A DNA stretch of 46,365 nucleotides, from positions 1-46,365 of the forward strand of contig JAJSAL010000044.1 of the NCBI GenBank assembly GCA_024274705.1. The letters are read 5' to 3'. This document shows positions 34,891 through 44,291 of this stretch, piece by piece (the first letter of the stretch is position 1; the number at the start of each line of letters is the position of its first letter). This DNA is from Spirochaetota bacterium. GTDB lineage: Bacteria > Spirochaetota > Spirochaetia > SPDA01 > JAJSAL01. A program made the position numbers and the translations under genes. The notes under the pieces were generated by a model that searched no databases, was not told where the DNA came from, and saw only the letters and a program-made list of their open reading frames with translations.

Positions 34891-35013
34891 ACTACTTGGT
34901 TCCATACCGCGAGAATCGGAATCAGAACTCTTCGAAATCTTCTTCACCTGCGAGAAGGTTTGCAGAGACCTTTTTCGGTTTTTATGCTACAATTCCAGCA
35001 TAGGAAGCTTTGT

Positions 35014-35553
35014 ATGGACCTGAAACACACGGCTATTCCGCCGGAATTCCTTAAAATACTGCCGGCAGGCATTAAGTTTCTTCATAAAAAAGGAAAAGAA
35101 TTCCTCGTTGTAGAGAAAGTGCACTGTTCAAAAGGACACAGCCTCATTGTGGATTCCGTCCGCATCCACGGAGAGCCGGCTATTGAGCTCGATGTCCTTA
35201 TTGAAGATCAGGAAGGGTCGTTTTTTATCGATGCGTTCTGGGGGAGTCATGCGAAACTGTATAACTTCATGCCCCGGCTGAAACAGTCGTCGCCTCTGGT
35301 ACAGGCTTTTTGCCCGGTATGCAAAGCATCTCTCGTTGTTAACCGGGAGTGTCCGATGGAGGGGTGCGATACGGACAAACACATCGTTCTCTACCTCCCG
35401 GGTGAAGGAAACCGGATCTTTGTGTGCGCACGCCTCGGCTGTCCCGGCCACTACCTGAGTGTGAGAAACCTTCCTCAGGGTATTTCGGAAAGCGTGAGCA
35501 ATATCAATTACTTCGGTACCCAGGTGGACGAAGACCTGTTTCAGGGCATCTAG
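35014..35553 (+). CDS. Cys/His-rich hypothetical protein (putative metal-binding), the first gene of the 2-oxoacid oxidoreductase operon.
   Basis: Start at MDLKHTA with an AGGAAG Shine-Dalgarno; the upstream part of the track ORF contains the terminator hairpin. Motifs HCSKGH, CPVC, CPMEGC and CARLGCPGH. It ends 7 nt before the ferredoxin gene. Confidence 0.5.
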   Translation: MDLKHTAIPPEFLKILPAGIKFLHKKGKEFLVVEKVHCSKGHSLIVDSVRIHGEPAIELDVLIEDQEGSFFIDAFWGSHAKLYNFMPRLKQSSPLVQAFCPVCKASLVVNRECPMEGCDTDKHIVLYLPGEGNRIFVCARLGCPGHYLSVRNLPQGISESVSNINYFGTQVDEDLFQGI

Positions 35554-35559
35554 AGGATA

Positions 35560-35793
35560 TTGATGATGAACTATGTTGTCATCGACTCCACCCAGTGTAA
35601 AGGGTGCCGGCTCTGCATCGAGACCTGTCCCAGGCACTGTATCTCTTTAGGATCATCCCTGAACTCCATGGGTTTCCAGTACGCCTGTTTTCAGAGCTCA
35701 GAATGTACTGTTTGCGGTTTCTGCTACTACATCTGCCCTGAACCCGGGGCGATTACGGTACACAAAGGGGAACCCGAAGGAACCGCCTCATGA
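35560..35793 (+). CDS. 2-oxoacid:ferredoxin oxidoreductase delta subunit (2x[4Fe-4S] ferredoxin).
   Basis: CKGCRLCIETCP and CTVCGFCYYICP motifs, 77 aa. Confidence 0.8.
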   Translation: MMMNYVVIDSTQCKGCRLCIETCPRHCISLGSSLNSMGFQYACFQSSECTVCGFCYYICPEPGAITVHKGEPEGTAS

Positions 35794-36836
35794 ACAGGCA
35801 GCTGATGAAAGGAAACGAAGCCGTCGTATACGGTGCACTCCTGGGCGGGAGCACCCACTTTTTCGGATATCCCATCACTCCGGCCAGCGAAATCGCCCAT
35901 GCAGCGGCCTCCCTGTTCTCACAGACTGGTCGTGTGTTTCTCCAGGCGGAAGGTGAGGTGAATGCCATCAACATGGTGTACGGTGCGGCCGCGGCAGGAG
36001 CACGGGTGATGACAGCGACTTCCGGTCCCGGTCTTTCCCTGATGGCGGAAGGCATCTCGTATATCGCTGCCTGCGAGCTTCCCTGTGTGATCATCGATGT
36101 TCAGCGTGCCGGACCAGGCCTGGGAAATATCTGGCCGGAACAGAGCGACTACCACGCAGTTGTAAAAGGCGGGGGTCATGGTAATTATAAAAACATTGTC
36201 CTTGCTCCTAACTCCGCCCAGGAGATGTGTGATTTCACTTACAAAGCGTTTGGGCTTGCGGAAGAGTACAGGATGTCCGTCATTATCCTGTCCGACGCGT
36301 ACATTGGGCAGATGATGGAACCTGTGCAGCTGCCGGCAGAGATGAAGGCACCACACCGCCGGGAGTGGGCACTGTACGCAGATAGAGAGAGCAGGAACAA
36401 CCTGATCAATTCCATCTTCATGAATACCCGCCTCTCAGAGGAACACAACCTTCACCTTCAGGTTAAATATGCAGGGCTCCAGGGAACTGCGGAGTGGGAA
36501 GAATCATTTATCGATGACGCAGAGGTCCTGTTTGTCAGTTTCGGTATCGCCGCCCGTGTGTGCCTTTCAGCGGTATCGGACCTTCGCAGCCGGGGGGTAA
36601 AGGCGGGACTCCTCCGGCCGAAAACCTTGTACCCGTTCCCGGAAAGCCGTCTTAAGGAACTTGCGGTCCGGGCAAACCGGATAATAGTGGTAGAGCTGAA
36701 CAACGGGATGATGGCCGAGGATGTGGAACGCCTCTGCAGCGGTTCAACAGAGGTGGAGCGGTACAACTGGCTTGGCGGAACTGTACCTGCGTCCAGGATC
36801 ATCGTGGATAGGGTATTGGGAGAGAGCCATGATTAA
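35790..36836 (+). CDS. 2-oxoacid:ferredoxin oxidoreductase alpha subunit.
   Basis: MKGNEAVVYGALLGGSTHFFGYPITPASEI is a typical KorA/PorA/VorA N-terminus, ~350 aa. Confidence 0.85.
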   Translation: MNRQLMKGNEAVVYGALLGGSTHFFGYPITPASEIAHAAASLFSQTGRVFLQAEGEVNAINMVYGAAAAGARVMTATSGPGLSLMAEGISYIAACELPCVIIDVQRAGPGLGNIWPEQSDYHAVVKGGGHGNYKNIVLAPNSAQEMCDFTYKAFGLAEEYRMSVIILSDAYIGQMMEPVQLPAEMKAPHRREWALYADRESRNNLINSIFMNTRLSEEHNLHLQVKYAGLQGTAEWEESFIDDAEVLFVSFGIAARVCLSAVSDLRSRGVKAGLLRPKTLYPFPESRLKELAVRANRIIVVELNNGMMAEDVERLCSGSTEVERYNWLGGTVPASRIIVDRVLGESHD

Positions 36837-38244
36837 ATACTCAAAACCCGGGGCATTCTATGACCTTTTTACCCGAAAAGGAACGGAACAGCAGAACACC
36901 CACTATTGTCCCGGCTGCGGCCACGGTAACGCTCATAAGCTGATCGCAGAAGTAATCGACGAGCTGGACATCCAGAACCGGGTGATCTTCATCTCTCCTG
37001 TGGGATGCAGCGTATTCGGCTACTACTATTTTGACACGGGAAACATCCAGGCCGCCCACGGACGTGCACCCGCTGTAGCCACAGGACTGCGCAGGGCTTT
37101 AGACGACGCAATCATCATATCCTACCAGGGTGACGGCGACCTTGCGGGTATCGGCCTGGGAGGGATCATTCATGCGGCCAACCGGGGAGAGAACATCACC
37201 GTGTTTTTCATCAATAATGCGATCTACGGTATGACCGGCGGGCAGATGGCCCCAACTACCCTTCTCGGGCAGAAAACCCTGACAACACCCTTCGGGCGGG
37301 AGGCAGGAAAGGACGGGAGCCCCATAGGTATGGCGGAGCTGATGAATGCCCTTTCACCCCCTGTGTTCATCGAGCGGGTTTCCCTTGCAACGGCACCCAA
37401 GATCCTGAAAGCGAAAAAGGCCTTTAAAACCGCACTGGTAAACCAGGTGGAGAAAAAAGGATTTTCCTTCGTCGAGGTGCTGTCCCCCTGCCCGGTCAAC
37501 TGGAAGATGAATGCTGTTGATTCCCGAAAGTGGATCGAAGATCAGCTCGAGCCGGTGTTCCCGGTGAATAACTTCAGGAACAGGGAGGACGCTGAATCTC
37601 AGAGTTTTATTCAACAGCCGATGGATGATGAGCGGGTGCTGGCCCTTTTGCATTCAAAAAAAGAGATTGAGCTTCCTAAGCACGCTAAGAAGGTAGAGGA
37701 TCAATTCATCAAGATAGCCGGGTTCGGTGGTCAGGGGGTAATGTCCGCCGGGATTCTGATAGCAAACTGTGCCAACGTGGAAGGTCGGCATACCACGTGG
37801 CTGCCCTCCTACGGCCCTGAAATGCGGGGCGGTACTGCAAACGCTTCGGTCATCATATCCGGCAGGCGGATAGGTACTCCTCTGGTAGATGAACCGAATG
37901 TACTCATCGCCATGAATACACCCTCCCTGGACACCTTCGAGGAGCAGGTTAAACCCGGCGGACTGATCATCGTAAACACTTCCATTGTAAAAAGAGCGGT
38001 AAAACGGAAAGATGTACAGGTATACACCATTCCGGCAACTGATCTGGCAAAAAAAGAAGGGGTGCTCGCTGCGGCAAATGTGGCAATTACCGCTGCATAT
38101 ACACTCCTCACAGGTGCAGTCCAAATTGCTACATTGAAACAGGTGCTTCCCCTCTCCATCAAACGAAAGGATATAATCGATATCAACCTGAAGGTAATGG
38201 CTGCTGCAGAACGCTACGTCCGGGACCATCCGATTCAGGCATAA
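36829..38244 (+). CDS. 2-oxoacid:ferredoxin oxidoreductase fused beta (TPP-binding) and gamma subunits.
   Basis: Beta: CPGCGHG and the GDGD TPP motif. After a linker, the gamma domain KIAGFGGQGVMSAGILIANCA...YGPEMRGGTA. The start overlaps the alpha stop (ATGATTAA). Confidence 0.85.
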   Translation: MIKYSKPGAFYDLFTRKGTEQQNTHYCPGCGHGNAHKLIAEVIDELDIQNRVIFISPVGCSVFGYYYFDTGNIQAAHGRAPAVATGLRRALDDAIIISYQGDGDLAGIGLGGIIHAANRGENITVFFINNAIYGMTGGQMAPTTLLGQKTLTTPFGREAGKDGSPIGMAELMNALSPPVFIERVSLATAPKILKAKKAFKTALVNQVEKKGFSFVEVLSPCPVNWKMNAVDSRKWIEDQLEPVFPVNNFRNREDAESQSFIQQPMDDERVLALLHSKKEIELPKHAKKVEDQFIKIAGFGGQGVMSAGILIANCANVEGRHTTWLPSYGPEMRGGTANASVIISGRRIGTPLVDEPNVLIAMNTPSLDTFEEQVKPGGLIIVNTSIVKRAVKRKDVQVYTIPATDLAKKEGVLAAANVAITAAYTLLTGAVQIATLKQVLPLSIKRKDIIDINLKVMAAAERYVRDHPIQA

Positions 38245-38292
38245 AATAATTCGAAAAACATCTAACTATTTATCAAAGTATTTAGAAATTTA

Positions 38293-38326
38293 TTGACATA
38301 TGTAGAATCCTTTCGGATAGTATATT
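38293..38326 (+). promoter_or_regulatory. Candidate sigma70 promoter TTGACA followed by -10-like TAGTAT/TATATT upstream of the MFS remnant.
   Basis: -35 consensus hexamer read directly. The -10 is ambiguous, with a 17-22 nt spacer depending on the choice. Confidence 0.3.
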
Positions 38327-38370
38327 AGAAATATTTCTCATTCCTTCGGGATTTCATTATCAAAAAACTA

Positions 38371-38631
38371 GTGGCAAAGTATACAGCACATCAGACACTC
38401 CATTGGCTGTTTGTGGGCATTATCGTTCTTGTTTTTACCCTGCTTATACAGGAGCGGGGTCTTTCTCTTTTCCAGGTGGGACTTTCCTTTGCCCTGTATT
38501 CCGGAGCGGTCCTGGCCCTGGAACTTTCCACGGGAGGGCTCGCGAATGCCGGGGGCAGGAGAAAAGTGTATGTCATTTCCCCGGGCAGCCTTGCCGCAAT
38601 CCAGCGGCGTTTTTCAGGAACTACTTGTTGA
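38371..38631 (+). pseudogene. 5' remnant of an MFS transporter gene (first two TM helices and the loop-2/3 GxLaDrxGrR-like motif only).
   Basis: TM1 WLFVGIIVLVFTLLI, TM2 LSFALYSGAVLALELSTGGLANAGGRRKVYV. The frame then degenerates and stops. No continuation is found in other frames before the next gene. Confidence 0.45.
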
Positions 38632-38747
38632 TCGATTTAAAGAAAAAACTGGTGGACAAAGAATCCATCACGATTTTCATCTCTCACTATCCGGATTATG
38701 ACTTTATCCATTTTGAAGGACCCCGTCCTACCTCGACGGCCTGAGCA

Positions 38748-39293
38748 TTAGGATCCGTTCAGCAGGTCGAACCCTTTTTTCATGGCCAGCAGATTTATCG
38801 CGTTAAGTGCTTTGTTCCTGGAAGATACAGCCTCGTCAAGGGCTTTCAGCGCCGTATCCAGGCTGGTCAGGTACGGACGGAGTTTGAATAGTACGCCCAG
38901 GGTTACCATGTTGGCGGATCTTAAGGAACCTGCACCTGCGGCTATATCGTTTGCCTTGACAGGTACGATTTCAATGTCCGACCTTTCGGGTTCCACATCG
39001 ATAAGGGAAGTATTGTAGATGAGAAGTCCCCCGGGGAGAACAGCCGGTTCGAACCGCAGCAGGGACGGTTTATTCATGATTACGCAAATTGACGGCTTCC
39101 GGATGACCGGTGACGCTACCTCATCATCGGTCACCACGACAGAACAGTTTGCCGTTCCTCCACGCATCTCGGCCCCGTAGGATGGAAGATGGGACACCGC
39201 CTTCCCTTCCCGCATGGCCGCTATACAAAGGATCCTCCCGGAAAGAAGTACTCCCTGTCCGCCAAACCCGGCGAAAATAATTTCTTCTGTCAT
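38748..39293 (-). CDS. 2-oxoacid:ferredoxin oxidoreductase gamma subunit (second operon).
   Basis: FAGFGGQGVLLSGRILCIAAMREG...YGAEMRGGTA, 181 aa. Confidence 0.8.
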   Translation of the reverse strand: MTEEIIFAGFGGQGVLLSGRILCIAAMREGKAVSHLPSYGAEMRGGTANCSVVVTDDEVASPVIRKPSICVIMNKPSLLRFEPAVLPGGLLIYNTSLIDVEPERSDIEIVPVKANDIAAGAGSLRSANMVTLGVLFKLRPYLTSLDTALKALDEAVSSRNKALNAINLLAMKKGFDLLNGS

Positions 39294-39304
39294 AGTACCT
39301 GTCC

Positions 39305-40060
39305 TTACCTGTCTCTGAAATTCTTGATCGGATAATAGGGAGTCATCACATTCTCCACCCAGTCCGCGGCGTCAGGTGTGGTCATTCCCCACCCGGTGGG
39401 GCACATGGAAAGAAACTCCACGAACGAGTATCCCTTCCCATTCACCTGGTTTTCCAGGGCTTTTTTAACAGCTTTTTTTGCCCTCAGGATGTTCTTTACA
39501 CTGTTAACGGAACACCGTTCGATAAACACCGGAGCTTCCAGAGTATTGATCAATTCGCAGGCACGGATGGGGAAACCCGCTTCAACAGGGTCCCGCCCGT
39601 ACGGCGAGGTCTGAGTTTTCTGACCTTCCATGGAGGTAGGAGCCATCTGCCCGCCGGTCATACCGTAGATGGCATTGTTTACATAGAATACGGTGATTTT
39701 CTCTCCACGGTTGGCGGCGTGGATGGATTCCCCTGTTCCTATGGCAAGGAGGTCCCCGTCCCCCTGGTATGCTATGATCGTTTTGTCCGGAAGGGCCCTT
39801 TTCAAACCGGTTGCCACGGCCTGGGCCCTGCCGTGAGCAGATTCGATGCCGTCAGCCAGGATGTAGTAGTAGATAAATACACTGCATCCTACAGGCGAAA
39901 CGACGATGGTTTGATCCTGTATACCGAGCTCATCGATTGCAGATGCCATCAATTTATGTATCGTTCCATGACCGCAGCCCGGGCAGTAATGGGTCGGCTT
40001 TTCCGTATGGGATTGAGGCCTGGAATAGACCAGTTTCATCTCTTCTTTTGTATCAATCAT
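39305..40060 (-). CDS. 2-oxoacid:ferredoxin oxidoreductase beta subunit (TPP-binding).
   Basis: CPGCGHG and GDGD motifs. It is paralogous (~55-60% identity by eye) to the beta part of the 36829..38244 gene. Confidence 0.85.
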   Translation of the reverse strand: MIDTKEEMKLVYSRPQSHTEKPTHYCPGCGHGTIHKLMASAIDELGIQDQTIVVSPVGCSVFIYYYILADGIESAHGRAQAVATGLKRALPDKTIIAYQGDGDLLAIGTGESIHAANRGEKITVFYVNNAIYGMTGGQMAPTSMEGQKTQTSPYGRDPVEAGFPIRACELINTLEAPVFIERCSVNSVKNILRAKKAVKKALENQVNGKGYSFVEFLSMCPTGWGMTTPDAADWVENVMTPYYPIKNFRDR

Positions 40061-41105
40061 GCTGTTCTACCCTCTTCATGATTTCTTCCACGTCAGGTAC
40101 GGTTCCTCCGGATCTGCCGTAGAAAGTGATGGGCCTTTTTCTGCCCAGCGCGAGTTTTACGTCCTCGATCATCTGTCCTTCATTCATCTCTACGACGAGC
40201 ACCCGTTCCGCATGGGAACAGTCCCGGGCCAGTTGTTCATACGGAAAGGGCCACAGGGTAATCGGCCTGAAAAGCCCCGCTTTGATCCCTTTTTTCCGCA
40301 GTCCGTTTATTGCGGCCTTACAGATCCGTGCAGAAATACCGAAGGCGGCTATCACGATATCCGCGTCTTCTACGTTATAGGTTTCGTACCGTATTTCCCC
40401 GGCTTCTATTTCCCGGTATCGTCCCTGGAGCATCTTGTTGTGTTCCTCCAGTTTTATTTCCGGCTTCAATCTTAAGGAACGGACGACCCGGGGTTCCCGT
40501 CCTTTACACCCTGTAACAGTCCATCCGGATTTATCGAAGGTTTTCCCGCTGGGTTCCGGCAGGACAAGGGGTTCAGACATCTGCCCCAGGTAGCCGTCGC
40601 CCAGGATCATCGCTACCACCCTGTACCGGTCAGCCAGATCAAAAGCGAGGACCGTAAGGTCTGCCGACTCCTGTACAGTACTCGGAGCCAGCACGATGGT
40701 ACGGTAATCCCCATGGCCCCCGCCCCGGGTGGCCTGGAAATAATCGGATTGGGCTCCGGATATATTGCCCAGTCCGGGACCTCCCCGCATCATATTCACT
40801 ACCACAGCCGGCAGCTCCGCCCCGGACATGTAGGAAATGCCTTCCTGTTTCAAACTGATACCCGGGGAAGACGATGAAGTCATCACCCTCTTTCCCGTGG
40901 CGGAGGTACCGAATACCATATTGATCGAAGCAATTTCACTTTCCGCCTGCACAAAAACTCCCTCCACCTGGGGAAGTCTCATGGACATGTAAGCAGGAAT
41001 TTCATTCTGCGGGGTGATAGGATAAGCGTAGTAGTATCTGCACCCGGCTATGATTGCCGCTTCCGCGATAGCTTCATTCCCTTTCATTAAAACTGTGGTG
41101 CTCAT
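40053..41105 (-). CDS. 2-oxoacid:ferredoxin oxidoreductase alpha subunit.
   Basis: MKGNEAIAEAAIIAGCRYYYAYPITPQNEI, 350 aa. Confidence 0.85.
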   Translation of the reverse strand: MSTTVLMKGNEAIAEAAIIAGCRYYYAYPITPQNEIPAYMSMRLPQVEGVFVQAESEIASINMVFGTSATGKRVMTSSSSPGISLKQEGISYMSGAELPAVVVNMMRGGPGLGNISGAQSDYFQATRGGGHGDYRTIVLAPSTVQESADLTVLAFDLADRYRVVAMILGDGYLGQMSEPLVLPEPSGKTFDKSGWTVTGCKGREPRVVRSLRLKPEIKLEEHNKMLQGRYREIEAGEIRYETYNVEDADIVIAAFGISARICKAAINGLRKKGIKAGLFRPITLWPFPYEQLARDCSHAERVLVVEMNEGQMIEDVKLALGRKRPITFYGRSGGTVPDVEEIMKRVEQHD

Positions 41106-41344
41106 TTCTTACCCTCACCTACGGTTTCTTTCCTGTATTTCCACACACGTACCACCAGATCGGGACAGATAATTGCACAGAATGTGCAGGCTGTACATTT
41201 ATCCGGATCGATGCATTCCGGGTACCGGTGTCCCTGACTGTTATATATTTCTGTCATAGCCAGAATATGTTCCGGACAGGCTCCGATGCAGAGTTCACAC
41301 CCTTTGCACCGCTCTATGTCGAATTCGGGTTTACCCTTTGCCAC
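41102..41344 (-). CDS. 2-oxoacid:ferredoxin oxidoreductase delta subunit (2x[4Fe-4S] ferredoxin).
   Basis: CKGCELCIGACP and CTACTFCAIICP motifs. Confidence 0.8.
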   Translation of the reverse strand: MAKGKPEFDIERCKGCELCIGACPEHILAMTEIYNSQGHRYPECIDPDKCTACTFCAIICPDLVVRVWKYRKETVGEGKK

Positions 41345-41361
41345 ACTTCTCTCCTGAACTG

Positions 41362-42237
41362 TTATTTTTTCAGCGACTGTTTCAACTCTTCTACAGCTTC
41401 TTCTTTCATACTAAACGACTGATCATCCCCGGGAAAAGTTGCATCCTCAATATCCCGGATGAACTCTTTTACAGCATTCAACTGGGTAGTATATACATCA
41501 GCATACACCTTAACGAATTTCGGTGTGAACCGTCTGAACAGGCCCACCATATCGTGAAGAACCAGGACCTGACCATCACAATAAACACCGCCACCGATCC
41601 CGATGGTGGGAATCGAGACTTTTTCGGTGATCAACTGGGACAGCTGTTTGGGTATCGCCTCCAGAATCAGGGCGAAGGCACCTGCATCCTCCAGCGCAAA
41701 AGCGTCATCCATCACTTTTTTCGCATTATCCAGGGACCTTCCCTGAACTTTAAACCCTCCCATAAGAGCTGCGGTCTGGGGAGTAAGACCGATATGGCCG
41801 AAGACGGGTATTCCGGCTTTATGGATAGCGGCAACCTTGTCCGCCATTTCCATCCCCCCTTCGAGTTTCACCGAATCGGCGCCTCCGTCTTTATACAGAA
41901 TCCCCGCATTGGTAACGGCCTGCTCTACAGAGATATTGTACGACATAAACGGCATGTCACCCACTACATGAGCCCGTGCAACCGCCCGTACAACCGCCCG
42001 GGTATGATGGAGCATTTCGGCCATGGTGACCGGGACCGTATCTTTGTATCCCAGCTCCACCATACCCAGGGAATCCCCCACCAGGATGATATCGATGCCT
42101 GCTTCGTCCACTATAAGACCCTGGGGATATGAATAGGCGGTAATCATGGAAATTTTCTTGCCTTCCCCTTTCATATTCAACAGATCGGAAATAAGCACTT
42201 TGTTAACCGGTTCCGGATGAACACTCATTGTCGGCAC
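41362..42237 (-). CDS. panB: 3-methyl-2-oxobutanoate hydroxymethyltransferase (ketopantoate hydroxymethyltransferase).
   Basis: KISMITAYSYPQGLIVDEAGIDIILVGDSLGMV matches the PanB signature. It lies 18 nt upstream of, and on the same strand as, the second oxidoreductase operon. Confidence 0.85.
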   Translation of the reverse strand: MPTMSVHPEPVNKVLISDLLNMKGEGKKISMITAYSYPQGLIVDEAGIDIILVGDSLGMVELGYKDTVPVTMAEMLHHTRAVVRAVARAHVVGDMPFMSYNISVEQAVTNAGILYKDGGADSVKLEGGMEMADKVAAIHKAGIPVFGHIGLTPQTAALMGGFKVQGRSLDNAKKVMDDAFALEDAGAFALILEAIPKQLSQLITEKVSIPTIGIGGGVYCDGQVLVLHDMVGLFRRFTPKFVKVYADVYTTQLNAVKEFIRDIEDATFPGDDQSFSMKEEAVEELKQSLKK

Positions 42238-42285
42238 TCCTCAACATTGATGATATTTCTGTATTATTCACCAAATTCCCGTTTG

Positions 42286-42315
42286 TTGACAATCCCTCGA
42301 AGGCTATTCTATTCT
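42286..42315 (+). promoter_or_regulatory. Candidate sigma70 promoter TTGACA-18-TATTCT for the peptidase-panE-M20-coaX operon.
   Basis: Hexamers read directly. It lies in the divergent region shared with panB. Confidence 0.3.
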
Positions 42316-42363
42316 GTAACAATACAGGGAAAGTGATTCCCCTGAAAACTGCCGGGTTGTAGG

Positions 42364-43362
42364 ATGGAAAGAATGAAAGATGCAATTGTAGATGTACCGG
42401 GAATACTGGTCGGTCATGCACAGGACCTGCAGGCGGGAACGGGCTGTACTGTTGTGACCTGCAAGCAGGGCGCTGTGACCGGTGTGGACTGCAGGGGCGG
42501 AGCACCCGGAACCAGGGAGCTTACCCTTCTTAATCCGGAAAATGTTGTTCCCGTTGCCCACGCCGTATATATAGGAGGCGGGAGCGCCTTCGGCCTGGCA
42601 GGGGCCGATGGGGTGATGCAGTACCTTGAAGAGAGGAAGATCGGGTTTGACACCGGTTTCGCTCACGTTCCCATTGTTCCCGGCGCAATTCTGTTCGATC
42701 TGCTCATCGGTGATGCCAAACGACGCCCGGACAAACAGATGGGATATGATGCCTGTCTCAACATGAGCGATTCCAATACGGAACAGGGAACCGTCGGTGC
42801 AGGAACCGGTGCCGTGGTAGGAATAGCCGGCGGAGGCTCTGCAGTGATGAAAGGAGGAATCGGTACAGCCGGTATCAACCGAAACGGCTTGATCCTAGGG
42901 GCTCTTATCGCGGTAAACAGCATAGGAAACGTGGTCGACCCGGTATCAGGCGAAATCATAGCCGGGGCCTTAGGTCCGGAGGGTACATCCTTTCTTTCAA
43001 TTCTCGATATTCTTTCCAGGCACCCGGAAAAAGCAGCGGATGATTTCATCAAGCACACAACCATCGGGGTGGTAGCCACTAATGCAAAACTGACAAAAGC
43101 ACAGGCGAAACGGGTGGCAATGGTTGCCCACGACGGTATGGCAAGAACGATCATCCCCTCCCACACTCTGACAGACGGGGACACCCTGTTCTGCATGTCT
43201 GCGGGGTCTATCGAGGCATCGTTAAATGCGGTATGCATCCTTGCGGCCGAAGCAGTATCCCGGGCTATTCTGAAGGCTGTCAAATCGGCGACATCCATCT
43301 GTGGTGTAACAAGTTATACAGAACTATCCAAAGGGAAATCGGATCAGGTGCCCGGGTCATGA
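42364..43362 (+). CDS. DmpA/BapA-family (peptidase S58 / P1) aminopeptidase-amidase.
   Basis: DVPGILVGHAQD...AGTGCTVVTC at the N-terminus and a Gly-rich autoprocessing region. An alternative start is MKDAIV at 42373, which has a better Shine-Dalgarno. Confidence 0.75.
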   Translation: MERMKDAIVDVPGILVGHAQDLQAGTGCTVVTCKQGAVTGVDCRGGAPGTRELTLLNPENVVPVAHAVYIGGGSAFGLAGADGVMQYLEERKIGFDTGFAHVPIVPGAILFDLLIGDAKRRPDKQMGYDACLNMSDSNTEQGTVGAGTGAVVGIAGGGSAVMKGGIGTAGINRNGLILGALIAVNSIGNVVDPVSGEIIAGALGPEGTSFLSILDILSRHPEKAADDFIKHTTIGVVATNAKLTKAQAKRVAMVAHDGMARTIIPSHTLTDGDTLFCMSAGSIEASLNAVCILAAEAVSRAILKAVKSATSICGVTSYTELSKGKSDQVPGS

Positions 43363-44291
43363 ACATAGCAGTGATAGGCGCCGGGGCCATGGGCTCTCTC
43401 TACGGAGGTTATTTACATGCAGCCGGATGCGACGTGCTGCTTTACGATATCTATCATGAACACGTAGACGCAATTAATGCCAAGGGGCTGGTTATCGAAG
43501 AGCCGGCTGAAAACAGGGAAGAGCGGGTTCACCCTTTCGCGACAACCGATCCGGCGGGAATCGCTGATGCGGACGTTCTTATCGTGTTTGTAAAGTCCAC
43601 GGCCACCGAGTCGGTTGCCCGGCAGTTTAAAACGACGGTATCCCGGGATGCCGTTGTGGTAACCCTGCAGAACGGGTATGGAAACGAGGAGATCCTGAGA
43701 AATGTGTTCGGAAAAGAGCGTACGGCAGCAGGGGTAACCTCGGAAGGGGCGACCTTCCTGGGTCCCGGCCGTATACGTCACGCCGGAAGGGGACCTACAT
43801 ACTTAAGCATGTCCGACATGAACAACGAAAAGCTTAAACCCTTTATACGATGTCTCGAACAGGCTGGATTCGAAGCACATATCGAAAAACGGATACACGA
43901 TCTTATCTGGAGCAAACTCATCATCAATGTGGGGATCAACGCCCTTACCGCACTCACCGGTCTGAAAAACGGAGAGCTCCTTGATTTCGAAGAGACCCGG
44001 AGCCTGGTAAGGGAACTCGTGGAGGAGGCGGTATCTGTAGCCGGCGCCATGGGTGTGCACCTGACATACGATGATCCGGTGGCAGCGGTGTTCGATGTCG
44101 CCGGGAAAACAGCCCTTAACCGCTCTTCCATGCTTCAGGATTTCGACAGGAAAAGAACCTCGGAAATTCAGTTCATCAACGGTGCAATACTACGGGAAGC
44201 AGAGCGGGCGGGGATCCCTGTACCGGTAAACACGACCATCACCCGGCTGGTATCCACGGCGGATGCGGTACACCGGCGGGGAACATCATGA
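43359..44291 (+). CDS. panE: 2-dehydropantoate 2-reductase (ketopantoate reductase, ApbA/PanE family).
   Basis: The Rossmann N-terminus MNIAVIGAGAMGSLYGGYL and the ApbA-family C-terminal domain. Its start overlaps the peptidase stop (ATGA). Confidence 0.75.
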   Translation: MNIAVIGAGAMGSLYGGYLHAAGCDVLLYDIYHEHVDAINAKGLVIEEPAENREERVHPFATTDPAGIADADVLIVFVKSTATESVARQFKTTVSRDAVVVTLQNGYGNEEILRNVFGKERTAAGVTSEGATFLGPGRIRHAGRGPTYLSMSDMNNEKLKPFIRCLEQAGFEAHIEKRIHDLIWSKLIINVGINALTALTGLKNGELLDFEETRSLVRELVEEAVSVAGAMGVHLTYDDPVAAVFDVAGKTALNRSSMLQDFDRKRTSEIQFINGAILREAERAGIPVPVNTTITRLVSTADAVHRRGTS

